The notes under the pieces: model-generated
What the model was told of the DNA's origin: nothing
Database searches by the model: none
The model's input: only the letters and a program-made list of their open reading frames with translations
Assembly (NCBI GenBank): GCA_964016885.1
Contig: OZ024743.1
Coordinates: 257,672,001 to 257,736,000 of the forward strand
Direction of reading: 5' to 3'
Source: Eledone cirrhosa
Taxonomy: Eukaryota
Length of the DNA: 64,000 nucleotides
Position numbers and translations under genes: made by a program
Shown: piece by piece, positions 13,380 to 25,939 of the stretch
How the letters are laid out: each line of letters opens with the position of its first letter
Position numbering within the stretch: the first letter of the stretch is position 1

Positions 13380-13489
13380 CATAATCATCATTTAACATCC
13401 ATTTTTCCCTGCTAGAAAGATATACATGTATATTCATACAAACGCATATCTACATTAATTGTCCATATGTATGAGGGTAACTATTAAAC

Positions 13490-13503
13490 AATATATATAT
13501 ATA

Positions 13504-13565
<62 letters not shown>

Positions 13566-13812
13566 TATATATATAGATATATATAATATAATATATATAT
13601 GCATGTATATATATATATATATATATAATATAATATATATATAATATAATATATATATAATATAATATAATATATATATAATATAATATATATATATATA
13701 TATAATATAATATATATATATATGCATGTATATATATATATAATATAATATTATATATATATATATATATAATAATATATATATATATATATATGCACAC
13801 ATACAAACACAC
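13490..13812. repeat. (TA)n/(TAA)n low-complexity tract
   Basis: Direct reading. Confidence 0.95.
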
Positions 13813-14613
13813 ATAGATATATTTTTAAAAAATCTATCCATATTATATTCATAACACATTTGGGCAGAGGAGAGAAAAAAGCCAAATCAGAGTGGCGCCA
13901 TATCTTGAGTCCGTAAACAAAGTGTTGTATAGAATATAACCATTTTGGATCAATTTTATTTCATCAATAAGGTTATTACGAGTGACCGTCTTCAGTGTTA
14001 TTAGTCGCTGTCTAGCTTATTGATTGGTTGGCTTCAACGTTTTGTTATCTTCCAATATAATTTCTCTGTCGACATTAATAGTGTTTTAATCGGGAGATCT
14101 TGTATTTACAACAAAATTGAATTGAGGCAGTTAAGCGAAAAGCTTTGTGTGTGAAATATATTCAATGGAAAAATACAATTTCTAGAAGATAAATCCATAA
14201 ACACAAAAAGCCATACAGATTCACTGATTCACTGATGTGTCGTTTTGTTTTGTAAAAATAAAAATTAGATACATTCTAGAACACTCTCTTTCTCTTTATC
14301 TATCTATCTCTATCTAATATGTTTCTTTCTTTCTCTCATCTATTTCTCTCTTTTCACATATACACACATATATATATACAGACACACACATACACGCACA
14401 TATGTATATGTGTGTGTATTTGTGTGTATGCACATATATATATATATATATGTATATAAATATTGTAGTATATGTATTCTAAACTCTAAATTTATAATTC
14501 CCTCTCACTTTCTATCCCTACTACTTTTTTATACATACAAAGACAGTCATACACAAATACGAATGTGTGTGTGTGTATTTGAGTTTGTGCTTACTGATTG
14601 TTTTAGACATGTA

Positions 14614-15115
14614 AGAAAAACCTGGGACGACTTGATAAATTCCGACCTCACACACTTACACCTCTCCAAGACAATGTCACTGGACCGAGATCTTTGGCGC
14701 TACACAGTCATACAGAAGACCTGCCTTGCCTAAGTACAAAGCGAAACCTACAGTCAGTAGGCATCTCTAACAAAATCCCCCCCAGTCCCACTACCCCCCA
14801 CCCCCCTTAAATGTGAAGTTATGTTGGTACCACAACATCCAGTCCGAAACAAATGGGGTCGTGTAGGTGTCATGCCATAAAAACACACAGTCCACGCTGT
14901 AATGTGGCCGTGTAGGTAACACAGTAAAAACCTCCCAGTCCACACTGTAAACGTGGTTGGTGTTAGGAAGGGCATCCAGCCATAGAAAACCCGCCAGACA
15001 GTCCTATACGAGCAGGACAACAAATCTTGCCTCAAGTGGGAAACCTCCCGTCCAAACCCATGCAAGCGTGGAAGATGGACGTTAAACGATGATGATGATG
15101 ATGATGATGATGATG
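14614..15115 (+). mobile_element. RTE family A, 5'-truncated
   Basis: RKTWDDLINSDLTHLHLSKTMSLDRDLWRY; 3'UTR; (GAT)n tail; candidate TSD ATGTAAG at 14609 and 15113. Confidence 0.92.
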
Positions 15116-15376
15116 TAAGTTAGTAGTTTAACAAATAGAGATTGATAAAACAAGTGCCAGACTTGAAAAATACTGTATTCAGGCAAATATGATCAATTAA
15201 GTCTCTTGAAAACAGTACTCCATTATGGTCGTGGTTCACAGACTGAAGACAGTAAAAGAATAAAAGTATTATTGTCACCCTCATTACAAGATCTTCATTC
15301 ATAGCCAAAGTGTACCGTGACATATAACTTGAAGGTACATAATATCCAAGGCAGGTGTTGAAAAAGTAACATTTAA

Positions 15377-15590
15377 CCCTTTAGCATTTGCATAACTATA
15401 TATACTATTGTATTTTCACTGTAAAGGCTTTACCTCACATAATTATCTCACATAATATTGAATCTATGATTTTGATATTTATTTTGAGTACAATACCTTA
15501 ATGTCGATATTAGTGGCTGGTTACAACTGGTTTAAATAGAAACAGGTGACAGAATTCTGGCCAGATACAGCTAGTTTAAATGCTAAAGGG
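15377..15590. mobile_element. piggyBac-like MITE family 1
   Basis: TTAA|CCCTTTAGCATTT ... AAATGCTAAAGGG|TTAA; second copy at 22729-23863. Confidence 0.8.
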
Positions 15591-15599
15591 TTAAACTGA

Positions 15600-16042
15600 A
15601 TGCGAAATGAAGAAATGTTCAATGAAAGACACTGCCTTTGGTTTCTAAATTATTTTGAAAATAATCATGAATATGGAGAGATTTAGTAATATAACTAACT
15701 TTCCCATTAGCAAGTTGGTATTTGGAATATAACTCAAATGTTGTTTCATAAAATTATGATGGAAGGATTTTAGATAAATACAAACACTTTAGCCCTTTCA
15801 CAACCATATTTCTAAAAAAAAAAAGACGACTCAGAATTTTCAAATTTTGAAAATAAAGAAGAATTTGGAGGGGTTTGATAATATAACTAACTTACTCATT
15901 AAGCTGGAATTTGCGACATAGCAAAGATTCTTATATATGATTACGATGGGAGGATTTTAGATAAATGTAAACACCTTACACCCACACTTTTGTATTATAG
16001 AACCAGCAGTGGTTTCAGGTGTTTTGGCATCAAAAGGCTTAA
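15600..16042. mobile_element. piggyBac-like MITE family 2, tandem partial copies
   Basis: Two units of the shared internal sequence, ending catcaaaaggcttaa. Confidence 0.55.
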
Positions 16043-17394
16043 TTCAACACACCATCATGTCATATTTCTATTAATTGTACAAACCAATTTTCAGCTAATA
16101 ACCTTTTTCCTCATTCATAGTAATTATTTAAAGGGATAAAATGTGGATGAAGTAAATGAATCCAATGTTGACACACACACTTTTTTGATCAGCATAAAAT
16201 AGCTCCTCTGACATAATCCTTTTTATTTTTAATTCAAAATTGTGTTTACTCGAGACATTTACTTCAAATCACGCAATGCTGTAATTTTTTAATCAGCAAC
16301 TCACTTAAGTATAATTATAACAAACCCAATTTGACACAATCTTTCATGTTATATTACTTTCCATTAATTTAGAATTGATAAATTGTGAAATATATGTCAA
16401 TACTTAAATTGCCTGTGGCTTTTGAAATGATTCAAATCCACACATGAATATGTGCAGTTGTTATAATAACATAAATAACATTTGTTAGATATGTCAAGGT
16501 ATCAAAATACATGTTTTACAAGGCATTTAAGAAAATGACTTTATGGTTGATTGACTTATGAAAAAAGAAATGTCTAAATTATTCTAGAAATATGCTGTAT
16601 ACTTAGAAATCATCTGCATGTAGTAAGAGATGACTTAAGGTTGGTTCCAGGAAGAGCTGGAACAAATACTGAAAGCTATCTTGTGGAACTCTCTTAACAT
16701 CTTACAAACCCACCATTGCATTAGACTAGTATTTCAATTTATTAATCCCAAAAGAATGAAAAGTAAAGTTGAATTCAATGACAATTGAACTCAGTGTACA
16801 GGAGGAGACACTGTAAAGTATTTTCAGAAACACTATTCTCTATGTATCCAATGTAGAATACGTACATTGAATCCCTATATGATGTAAGAAGTGACTGAAA
16901 GAGTTGGTACTATGAAAGCTGTCCAACTGTAAAACAGTGTCTCAAAAAGGGCATGCTGAGTATGAAGCTAATCAGGCGAGGCTGCAAAGACAAACTCTGC
17001 TCTAGAAGGAGAAATAACCTTTAAAACACATTGTTGTATGTTGTGCAGTTTTCTTTTATTGCTTTTAGCCATTATATTGGGACCATGCTGGGGTACGGCC
17101 TTGAAGGTACTTAGTAGATCGTATTGATATCAATCCTTATTTTATTGATTACTTTTTATTCAGCCACTAAGCTACAAGACCTAGACATGGACACATACAC
17201 ACCCACACATACATATATATAAAATGTACCATGATAAAAAGCACTTAGTGGAGCATGGGAGTGTATGTTGAGACCCCGGCACAAATTGATGTCAAAGGTT
17301 CCTCTTGAGCATTGACTGGTCTGTGATGACACAACCAGCCTTTGCTAGCATGGGAAACAGCTGTTAAATGATTTGATGATGATGACAATGATAT

Positions 17395-17566
17395 ATATAC
17401 AAGTGAATTCTGCTGTTTCTGTCTACCAAATTCTACTTCGAAAAAATTGGTCAATCTGAGACTGGAGTATAAAATACTTGGTCAAGATGCTAAGCATTGG
17501 GCCTCATCTCAAAAAACATGTGTTTGTGAAACAAAATCCATAACGATATGGCCATGTTTGCACCTA
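17395..17566 (-). mobile_element. Degenerate third tRNA-SINE family (also a fragment near 10692-10770, + strand)
   Basis: Minus strand begins ggtgcaaacatggcc, has a CORE-like cttgaccaagtatttt segment and gaatttggtagacagaaac. Confidence 0.45.
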
Positions 17567-18408
17567 TAGACATATATATAGTTTTAGCTTTTCATGTCCC
17601 AACAGGTGTGATGAGGCCTTTTGTAGGGTTGTTTACAACTGAAGTTATTTCAGATATCACATGTCAGATGGAGGAAGCATATTCCAGATTGAATGAAAAG
17701 AGAAGCCAAAATGGAAGACAGTTAGTTTCATTGAAATAATTCCAAAAATAATTCATTACGTAAAAGTCTGAAATGAAATTAAATCTTGTAGACTTAAGAA
17801 AACAGGAAGCCATTCTCAGAATTATTGAAAACTTTCTTTGGTAACTAACTATGGATTGTGCAGAATATATACTATTACTAGAAATCTTTGCAAACGAAGT
17901 TTTGTAACAATAAATTAGTCAACTAGTAATGGCCTCCATATCAACAAAATAGAGAAATTTCAAATATATGTGATGCCATAAGTAAGAAGAAAAGTTAAAC
18001 GAACTTCAGCAAACCCTTCATTAGATAGAAATAAAGGCTTCCCAATGTTAATGAATAGGCTTTAGGTAGTGAAAGAATTAGGTAATTATTCATCCTCAAG
18101 GTATAACATGTATTTCACTGTTTGAAAATTAGTCTCTAGACTGTCACTCAAATCAACTTTTTCATTGCCTATTGACATATTCTTCCCATATTTGGCAATA
18201 TAGAAATTAGAGACAGAAGAAAGATAGAATTTATTGTCATTGACAATATTTCTTGACTATTGAAGTTATTTTCAATGTCTCTGCAACCCCAGTGCTTTTT
18301 GCTTGTGACTCTTTAACCCTTCTATTACTATATTTCTGTCTGATAAATCAAGAATTTTGAGGGCTTTAGTAATATAACTAATGGTTTCATTATTAATCTT
18401 GTATTTAG

Positions 18409-18622
18409 GGCGGTGGATTGGCAGAATTGGTAGAGCGTCGGACACCATGCTTTGCAGCATAGAGTTATAGCCCTGTATGATCTGAGTTCAAATCCTGCCG
18501 AGGTAAACTTTGCCTATCATCCTTACGGGGTCGATAAAATAAAGTACCAGTCACGCACTGGAGTCGATTTAATCGACTTTCCCCTCCCACCAAATGGTTG
18601 GCCTTGTGCCTATATAAGAAAC
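18409..18622 (+). mobile_element. Full-length Meta-type SINE (long subfamily) inserted into a MITE family 2 copy (about 18316-18700)
   Basis: 21-bp TSD cattattaatcttgtatttag at 18388-18408 and 18623-18643; internal hairpin gtcgatttaatcgac. Confidence 0.9.
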
Positions 18623-18779
18623 CATTATTAATCTTGTATTTAGAACATATCACAATAAAGGCTCTTATTTAAAATTATGCTGGAAGATTTTTAGATTATG
18701 AAAGTGTTGTCTATTTGGCTTGTAGCCCCACCATCCCCACACTGCATGATTAATAAGTGATCATGTGGTTGGCTGGTTA

Positions 18780-19110
18780 GTTGGTGTTTCTTTTGCAGAT
18801 GGTTAAGTTGAAAGCATTACAGAACTCCAGATAATATGCACCACGTCTTCAGTTTTTTATACAATGCCTATAACCTCCTTCACAAAGTCAATAGCCATGA
18901 TAATGAGGTCATTGTTATTTGTCATAGCTAGTTTGCAGGAGGGTCTCATAGAAATGATCCTTACCTTTTTCTGCAATCACAGCTTGTGGAGCATAAGCAG
19001 AGAATATGCTGGCTGTTGAATTGCCCAAAGCTATCCTAAACTTCGTTATCCTATTATTTACCCTGGCTACTTCAATTACCTTATCCACCTGTTTCACTGC
19101 CAGTAATGTA
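18780..19110 (-). pseudogene. Old RTE APE-endonuclease fragment
   Basis: VDKVIEVARVNNRI...SAYAPQ...KDHFYETL aligns with the endonuclease of 31647-33317. Confidence 0.8.
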
Positions 19111-19439
19111 TCTATCCCACCTACCTAGAAAAACTTGTACATATGTTCTCTGCCCATGATGAGCCTGCCTGTGGCTCTTCTTCCTCTTACCTATTGCACA
19201 GAGCATATAAGTGTGTTGTAATTTATAACATCTATGCATGTTGTAAGTAGTAATTAAAATGGTTAGCACCGGGAGGGGCATCCAGCTGTAAATCTGCCTC
19301 AAAAAGGTCTGTTGAACCCATGCCAGCATGAAAAAGTCAATATAAAATGACAATATAAAAGTCAATATAAAATGACAATGGTGATGATGAATATCATTTC
19401 TCTAAATAAATAAATGAATAAATAAATACTCCAGGCTAC

Positions 19440-21350
19440 AGAAAAACAAAGAAATCAAAAAGGATATTACATTACATTACATTACAGTGATTGATGGTTG
19501 TAACAGAGCTGATTAATTGCAAGGTCCACACAGACAGAATAACAAATTTGATATTTTTGCTGCTGTCACATGCAAATATTTCAACAGACTATGATAATCA
19601 CTACTCAGTTGATATGCCAATATTTACAGCATAGTATGAGATGGGCATGTCAACATATCTACTAAGGAATCTTATAAAATGTGGTTAGCAAATAGATAGA
19701 TGAAATCTCTGTCAGTTTTCCCAATGAAAATTCAGTTGTTTGAACAACTGGATGCTTGTCTTATAGTCAACTTGTAAGTGGCTGAGTATTTCAGAGCCAT
19801 GTAATAAGAGAAGGTCACTGTCAATTAGAAAATATAAAAAGGGAATGTCATTGTCAATTAGAGAATGATTGTTACATATGTAGTTAGAATCCAATTTAAT
19901 CCTTTTGATACCAATCCAGACAAAAGTAGTTTGGGTTCAGACAAATAAAATATATATATGTATGTTGCATATAAAATGAGAGAAACAAGCTGCATTCAGA
20001 GGTTGTGGTGATGTTCTTCACCAGGTTTAAATATCCAATACACACACTATTTATCAGGAGTTAAGTAGTCATGAGTGGATGGATGAATAAAAGGATAACA
20101 CGCAGGACTTCTTCAACTCTTTTGATACCAACCCACACACACAAAACTGGATTTGATTCTATGAAACCAAACCAGCAGTTTACTCATTTAAATCAAAGGT
20201 TACAAAGTTCTTCATTGATTGAAATAGAATGCATTCCATTAAAAATATGGTTACAGATGGTTAAAGGGTTTCTATTTAAATTAAAACTTTCAGTAATTTC
20301 ATATGAGAACTATGTGTTAAGTTACCTTAGTAATGAACTAATTAACTTAGTAATGAAATAATTTTAGTAAATCCCTTCAAAGTTCTTCCTTGATTAATTG
20401 AATACAATATTGCATTAGAAATATGGTCACAAATAGGTTAAAGGATTCATATTTAAATAAAAATCTTCCAACAATTTTATTTAAGGACCATATGTAATGT
20501 TACTAACTTAGTAATGAAATAATTAATGATTTTAGTAAATCCCTTCGAAATTCTTCAATAATTAATTGAAATTGTGTATGTTATTAGAAAGATGGTCATA
20601 AAGAATTAAAAGGTTTCTATTCAAATTAAAAACTTTCAAAAATGTTATATAAGAAATTTGGATTAAGTTACTAGGTTTTGAAATACTGATTTTAATAAAT
20701 CCAATCAAAATTCTTCATTAATTAATTGAAATAGTATATTTCATTAGAAATATGTTCGCAAAGGGTTAAGAAATGGTTGGCAAGATGAGTTATCAGTCGG
20801 TTTCAATTATATAAATTCAGTTATATCAATCATCTGAACATCTGACTTGTGACTTGATGTGTAAATGGCTGAGTATTCCACAGACATGTAATAAGAGAAG
20901 GACATATCAAAATATTAGAAAATATTATATAGTGATTTAAGAAATAGATCAATTCACAGATTCTACTTCAGTTTTGACAATGAACATTCAGTAGATTGAT
21001 CAATTATATTATGAATTAATGTATATATGGCAGAATATTTCACTGACAGGTAACAAGGGATGGCTGTATCAATGTATCTATTAAGAAATGTTGTTATAAA
21101 ATCATTATCATCATCATCATTTAATGTCTGTTTTCCCTGCTAGCCAGAGTTGAACAAATGTGTTTAGAAAACAATTTAAGAAAAGATAGATGGATCTTCT
21201 GTCAGGTTTGACAATGAGCATTTCTGTTGTGAGATCAAGTGAATACTTGATTTGTGAATTAATGCATAAATGGCTGACTATTTCACAGACATGTAATAAG
21301 GGAAAGCCATTGTCAATGTAACCATTAGGAAATATTGTTATATCTGTGAT
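19440..21350 (+). repeat. Old ~165-bp repeat units (about 19500, 19680, 20780, 20945, 21180) interleaved with MITE family 2 copies (20117-20765)
   Basis: Recurrent motifs tggctgagtatttcacagacatgtaataag and tcagttttgacaatgaacattcag. Confidence 0.6.
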
Positions 21351-22577
21351 TAGAAAATGATTTGAGTAAAGGAGAAACGATTCTCCATTGATATACAGAA
21401 CATAAGGCTTGAGTCAACCCAGGGCTCACATCCTCTTCATTATTATCATCATTTTTATGTCGATATTTCCATGTTGGCATGAGTTGGACTGGACTTTTTG
21501 AGGCAATGTTTTACAGCTGGATGCCCTTCCTGACACCAGCCCTTTTAGTATTTCTTACAGCATACAGGGATATGGTGTACCTATAGTAAACTGAATATAT
21601 ATGGTCATGTTGTGCTAGTCATGGTTTTCTGGCTGGAAGCTCTTACTATCACCAACTATTTTACTTCATAGAATGGGTGCACTATATTGTGCTGCCAGCA
21701 CCTCAAAGTTTCTAGGACGGGAGTTAAAGGTCTGCCGTACACTGTCAGATTTGACTCTAAGAGAGCAAGAGAAAGGGAGAGATGAATGTATATAAATGAA
21801 TACATAGATATATGCATGTGTTTGTGTGCAAATAGATTGAATGGAAGACAGACTAAGTAAATGTAGAAGGTTGTTGAAAGTGTGTGTTTAATAGAAAGTG
21901 AGTGTTTAATAGAAAGTGTGAGTTTAATGGAAAGTGTGTGGAACTAATAGTTCATAGCAAATATAGTAAGTTCGATGTACTTATATGCATGTTATTGTAA
22001 TTAGAGGCAGCATTTCACTTGTTAGATTTATAAATAAACAAACAATGAGAAGAGCTATTATTAGCACGATAGCATAGGAGATTAGAGTGTTGCAAAAAGT
22101 GCAACAGAGAGCACAGGTGGCATTGTTGATGGGGAAAATGCAATGCTTAGTACAAATGAATATTGTTGAAGCTGAATCAGCAGAGGTTTATTCTAGAATA
22201 CGCTGACGGCTATTGGCAAAGGTGCAGCTGTGTTATTTATTAGAGAGTATAACAGAATAAAACAATAAAAAAGAAATATTTTACACTAGTGTTTTGTCCT
22301 ATAGGAAAACATGTAATCAGTTTTAGTGAAGAAAAAAGTATAGCAGAGAAAAATAATAGGAAAATAACTAAGGTGAAGTAAATTTAAATAGGTTAACTGA
22401 CTGTGTGAAGTTTTGTTGAATATTGGGTAAAATAATGGTTTCTAATTTCAGCACAAGGTCAGCAATTTTGAGGGAGGAAGGGAAAGTCAATTACAACCAC
22501 CAGAATATATAGTAAATAAATCTTCTAGAATTAAAATTCATTTATTTCATTCCTTGCAATCACTATTTATTGTATAT

Positions 22578-22724
22578 TGATTTCAAATTCAGGCACAAAG
22601 GCAATGAATTTTGGGCAAGGGCAAAGTTGATTAAATCAAATCCAGTACTTGACTGGTACTTTATTTTATTCAGTCCAAAAAGATGAAAAGCAAAGTTAGT
22701 CTTGGTGAGGATTTGAACTCAAAC
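22578..22724 (-). mobile_element. Meta-type SINE interrupted by a MITE; continues at about 23868-23882
   Basis: ggcacaaagg...ctggtactttatttt...gatttgaactc, then TTAA insertion site; agaactagaacaaat resumes after the MITE. Confidence 0.65.
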
Positions 22725-22728
22725 TTAA

Positions 22729-23863
22729 CCATTTGGCATTTACATTACTCTATATTTACTATTGTATTTTCCCAGTAAAGGTTTTATCTCACCAGGCTGT
22801 ATGATGCCTGCATACGAACAGCAATGTTACATGGCAGTGAGACCTGGGCATTGTGTGCAGAGGATATACGCAGACTAGAGAGGAACGAAGCTTGCATGCT
22901 CCGCTGGATGTGTAATAGTAATATACGTGAACGGCAAAGCATAAACGAACTAAGGGAGAAATTAGGAATAAGAGGGATCAGATGTTGTTTACTCAAGAGA
23001 AGACTACGTTGGTACGGTCATGTGATGCGCATGAAAGACGACAGCTGTATAAAAAAGTGCAGGGCGATAAAAATAGACGGTAGCCACGGAGTAGGCAGAC
23101 CCAGAAAAACCTGGGACGACTTGATAAATTCCGACCTCACACACTTACACCTCTCCAAGACAATGTCACTGGACCGAGATCTTTGGCGCTACACAGTTAT
23201 ACGGAAGACCCGCCTTGCCTAAGTACAAAGCGAAACCTACAGTCAGTAGGCATCTCTAACAAAATACACCCCCGTCCCACTACCCCCACCCCCTAAAATG
23301 TGAAATTATGTTGGTACTACAACATCCAGTCCGAAACAAATGAGGTCGTGTAGGTGTCACGACAAAAAAACACACAGTCCACGCTGTAATGTGGCCATGT
23401 AGGTAACATGGTAAAAACCTCCCAGTACACACTGTAAACGTGGTTGGTGTTGGGAAAGGCACCCAGCCGTAGAAAACCCGCCAGACGTGTAGGTGTCACG
23501 ACAATAAAACACACAGTCCACGCTGTAATGTGGCCGTGTAGGTAACATGGTAAAAACCTCCCAGTCCACACTGTAAACGTGGTTGGTGTTAGGAAGGGCA
23601 TCCAGCCGTAGAAAACCCACCAGACAGTCGTGAGCAAGACAACCAATCTTGCCCCAAGTGGGCAATTCCCGTCCAGACCCATGCTAGCGTGGAAAATGGA
23701 TGTTAAACGATGGTGATGATGATGAATATAAAATTATGAGATTTTGATATTATTTATTTTGAGAATAATACCTTATCTGTATGAGTAGCAAGTTACAGCC
23801 CAGTTTGAACAGAAAAAGGTGTGAGAATTCTGGCTGGATACGGCTGGTTTAAATGCTAAAGGG
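22729..23863. mobile_element. piggyBac-like MITE family 1, interrupted by RTE-A
   Basis: TTAA|CCATTTGGCATTT ... AAATGCTAAAGGG|TTAA; the two halves align with 15377-15590. Confidence 0.8.
22793..23724 (+). mobile_element. RTE family A, 5'-truncated; ORF end 22824-23222
   Basis: MLHGSETWAL...RRLRWYGHVMRM...GRPRKTW; 3'UTR with an internal duplication; (GAT)n tail. Confidence 0.93.
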
Positions 23864-23944
23864 TTAAAGAACTAGAACAAATCTCTAAAATTGTCGAGAA
23901 GTCCGAGGGGTCTTGGCATCACTCAGCAAGTCCTTTGTCAGCCG

Positions 23945-24022
23945 CTCTCCAGCTATCTATTTAAAGCTGTATATAGCTATGGTGTGGCCACACTTAGCAT
24001 TTGCATCACCAGTATGGAACCA
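23945..24022 (+). mobile_element. CR1/L2-like LINE fragment
   Basis: Translates LYIAMVWPHLAFASPVWN, matching the CR1 post-RT motif LY..LVRPHLEY...VW.P. Confidence 0.6.
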
Positions 24023-24024
24023 TT

Positions 24025-24240
24025 AGTTAGATACTGATGTATAATAGAACAGGAGTGGTTTCAGGTGGTTAGATACTGATGCTAATATATAATAGAACCA
24101 AGTGTTGTTTCATAGAACCAGGGGGCAGGGTTCAAGTGGTTGGGTACTGATGTATAATAGAACCTGTTATTGTTTCAGGTTGTTAGGTATTGATGTACAA
24201 TAGAATCAGGTAGTTTCAGGTGATGTGGTATTAATGGTTT
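24025..24240 (+). repeat. ~42-bp degenerate minisatellite, about 5 units
   Basis: Unit like tactgatgtataatagaaccaggagtggtttcaggtggtt. Confidence 0.75.
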
Positions 24241-24696
24241 AAAATGAAGTTTCCAGATAGTTCTAGTGTACAGAGAAATTTTCCATAAATTACTGAACTT
24301 GTAGAATCAGTTGAGAAATAAACCAAGATAACTTACAATTGCCACAGTTGGATAAGTTGAAAAAAAAATCAAATTATATGTTGTTGTTTGTTTTTATATG
24401 ATTGTATGGTTATACCAAACCTATTGATATTGATTTTTGCTGTATTTCCCTGCCTAAAGGAGTGTGAAAGTTGTGTTCCAATCCCTTGTTTTATATGCAG
24501 CAAACCAAGAAAGATGTCAAAACAATTTGTTAAATGACAGAACGATATCAGCAACTGATTTCATTGCAGCTCACTTTAATTACATTTTTTTTCATTATAA
24601 GAAACTACTAAACCTATTGATTTTATTACAGAATAACCTGAAAGATAAGATGTGTATATCTCATTGCATACAAAGATGTGTATATGTATGTGGAAT

Positions 24697-24728
<32 letters not shown>

Positions 24729-24742
24729 CATACATACACATA

Positions 24743-24798
<56 letters not shown>

Positions 24799-25082
24799 CA
24801 TATATAGAATGTCAGATAAAAGGCTTTATGGTATTCATTCCTGCTCCCCAAGTTCAAATCCTGCTGAGGTCAACTTTACCTTTCATCGTTTCGAGGTCAA
24901 TAAAAAAGGTACCTGTTTAGTACTGGAGTCGATTCTTCCTCTCTCTGGAAGAAATCTGCTGTACTCCGCCCTTCAAGATGGATAGGCTCCGCTAGGCTTA
25001 AAAAATGCCCAAGAAATTCCATATGTCAATACGGTGTCTCTACGACTCAATCAGGAATTACAGGACCATACATATATGTATA

Positions 25083-25430
25083 TCATCATCGTCATTGCTT
25101 AACATCCATTTTTCACGCTAGCATGGGTAGGACGTGTTGTCCTGTTGTGAGAGATCCAGGCTGGAGGACTGTGTTTTGCTCACATAGAACTGATTTTAGC
25201 TTGGTTTCTATGGTTGGATGGCAATCACATTTAGAGTGTGTACTGGGTGATTTTTGACATGACCACTCTACAGTGTGGGCTGGGCGCATTTTATTGAGAC
25301 TTCTACATGACTGTGTTACAGTGTGGACTGGGTGCTTTTTGTGGTGACACCTACAGAACCACATTACAGTGTAGACTGGGAACTTTTTGTCGAGGCTCCA
25401 GGATAATCACTTTAAGGTGTGGATTGGGGA
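25083..25430 (-). mobile_element. Old RTE-type 3'UTR/tail remnant (similar remnants at 1-240, 9790-9846, 19260-19390, 21440-21545, 56710-56895, 63030-63220)
   Basis: (CAT)n, ttaacatcca...gctagcatggg, repeated acagtgtggactgggtg modules. Confidence 0.7.
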
Positions 25431-25939
25431 CTTGGGTCGGAAGCTGCATGGGGAATTAGGGAGGTAGATATAGGGGTGGGGTGATTACATCGAGTGAGCG
25501 GTGATGATTAGAAAACCTTAGAGACTGAAAAATTGAACTCTCTCTGTGGGATGAACTCGCATCTACCCAATTTTTCTGTCTCTAGAGGCTTATTTGTCTA
25601 ACTTATTTGACTATTCTCATCGTCTATAAACCCACATTCAAGCAGCTTACTTGAAGATAACATACTTTTAATATCACACACACACATATGTATGTGTATA
25701 TAATTTTTGCCTTTCATCCTTTCGAGATTGATAAAAAAGATGTGCCAGTCTAGTATTGTAGTTAATTCTTCCTCTATCTCTTTTTCTTATTTCATTTCTC
25801 CCAATCTCTATCCTTCTCTGGAAGAAATCTGTTGTGTTCAAACCTGAAGAGGAGACAGGGTCAGATAAGTTTTAAAATTTCACTAGGATTTATGGATCTA
25901 TACATATATATATATGGGTGGAGGTGGCCATGGATTGGG

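Noticed and set aside
13955-13996. Minus-strand CTGAAGA...GAAA hammerhead candidate
   Set aside because: No stem II pairing between the boxes.
17548-17739. Possible plus-strand exon (cag acceptors, gttagt donor)
   Set aside because: Short, no recognisable protein and no partner exons; cannot be supported without RNA-seq.
24464-24985. 173-aa ORF
   Set aside because: Runs through a microsatellite and a SINE fragment; no domain.
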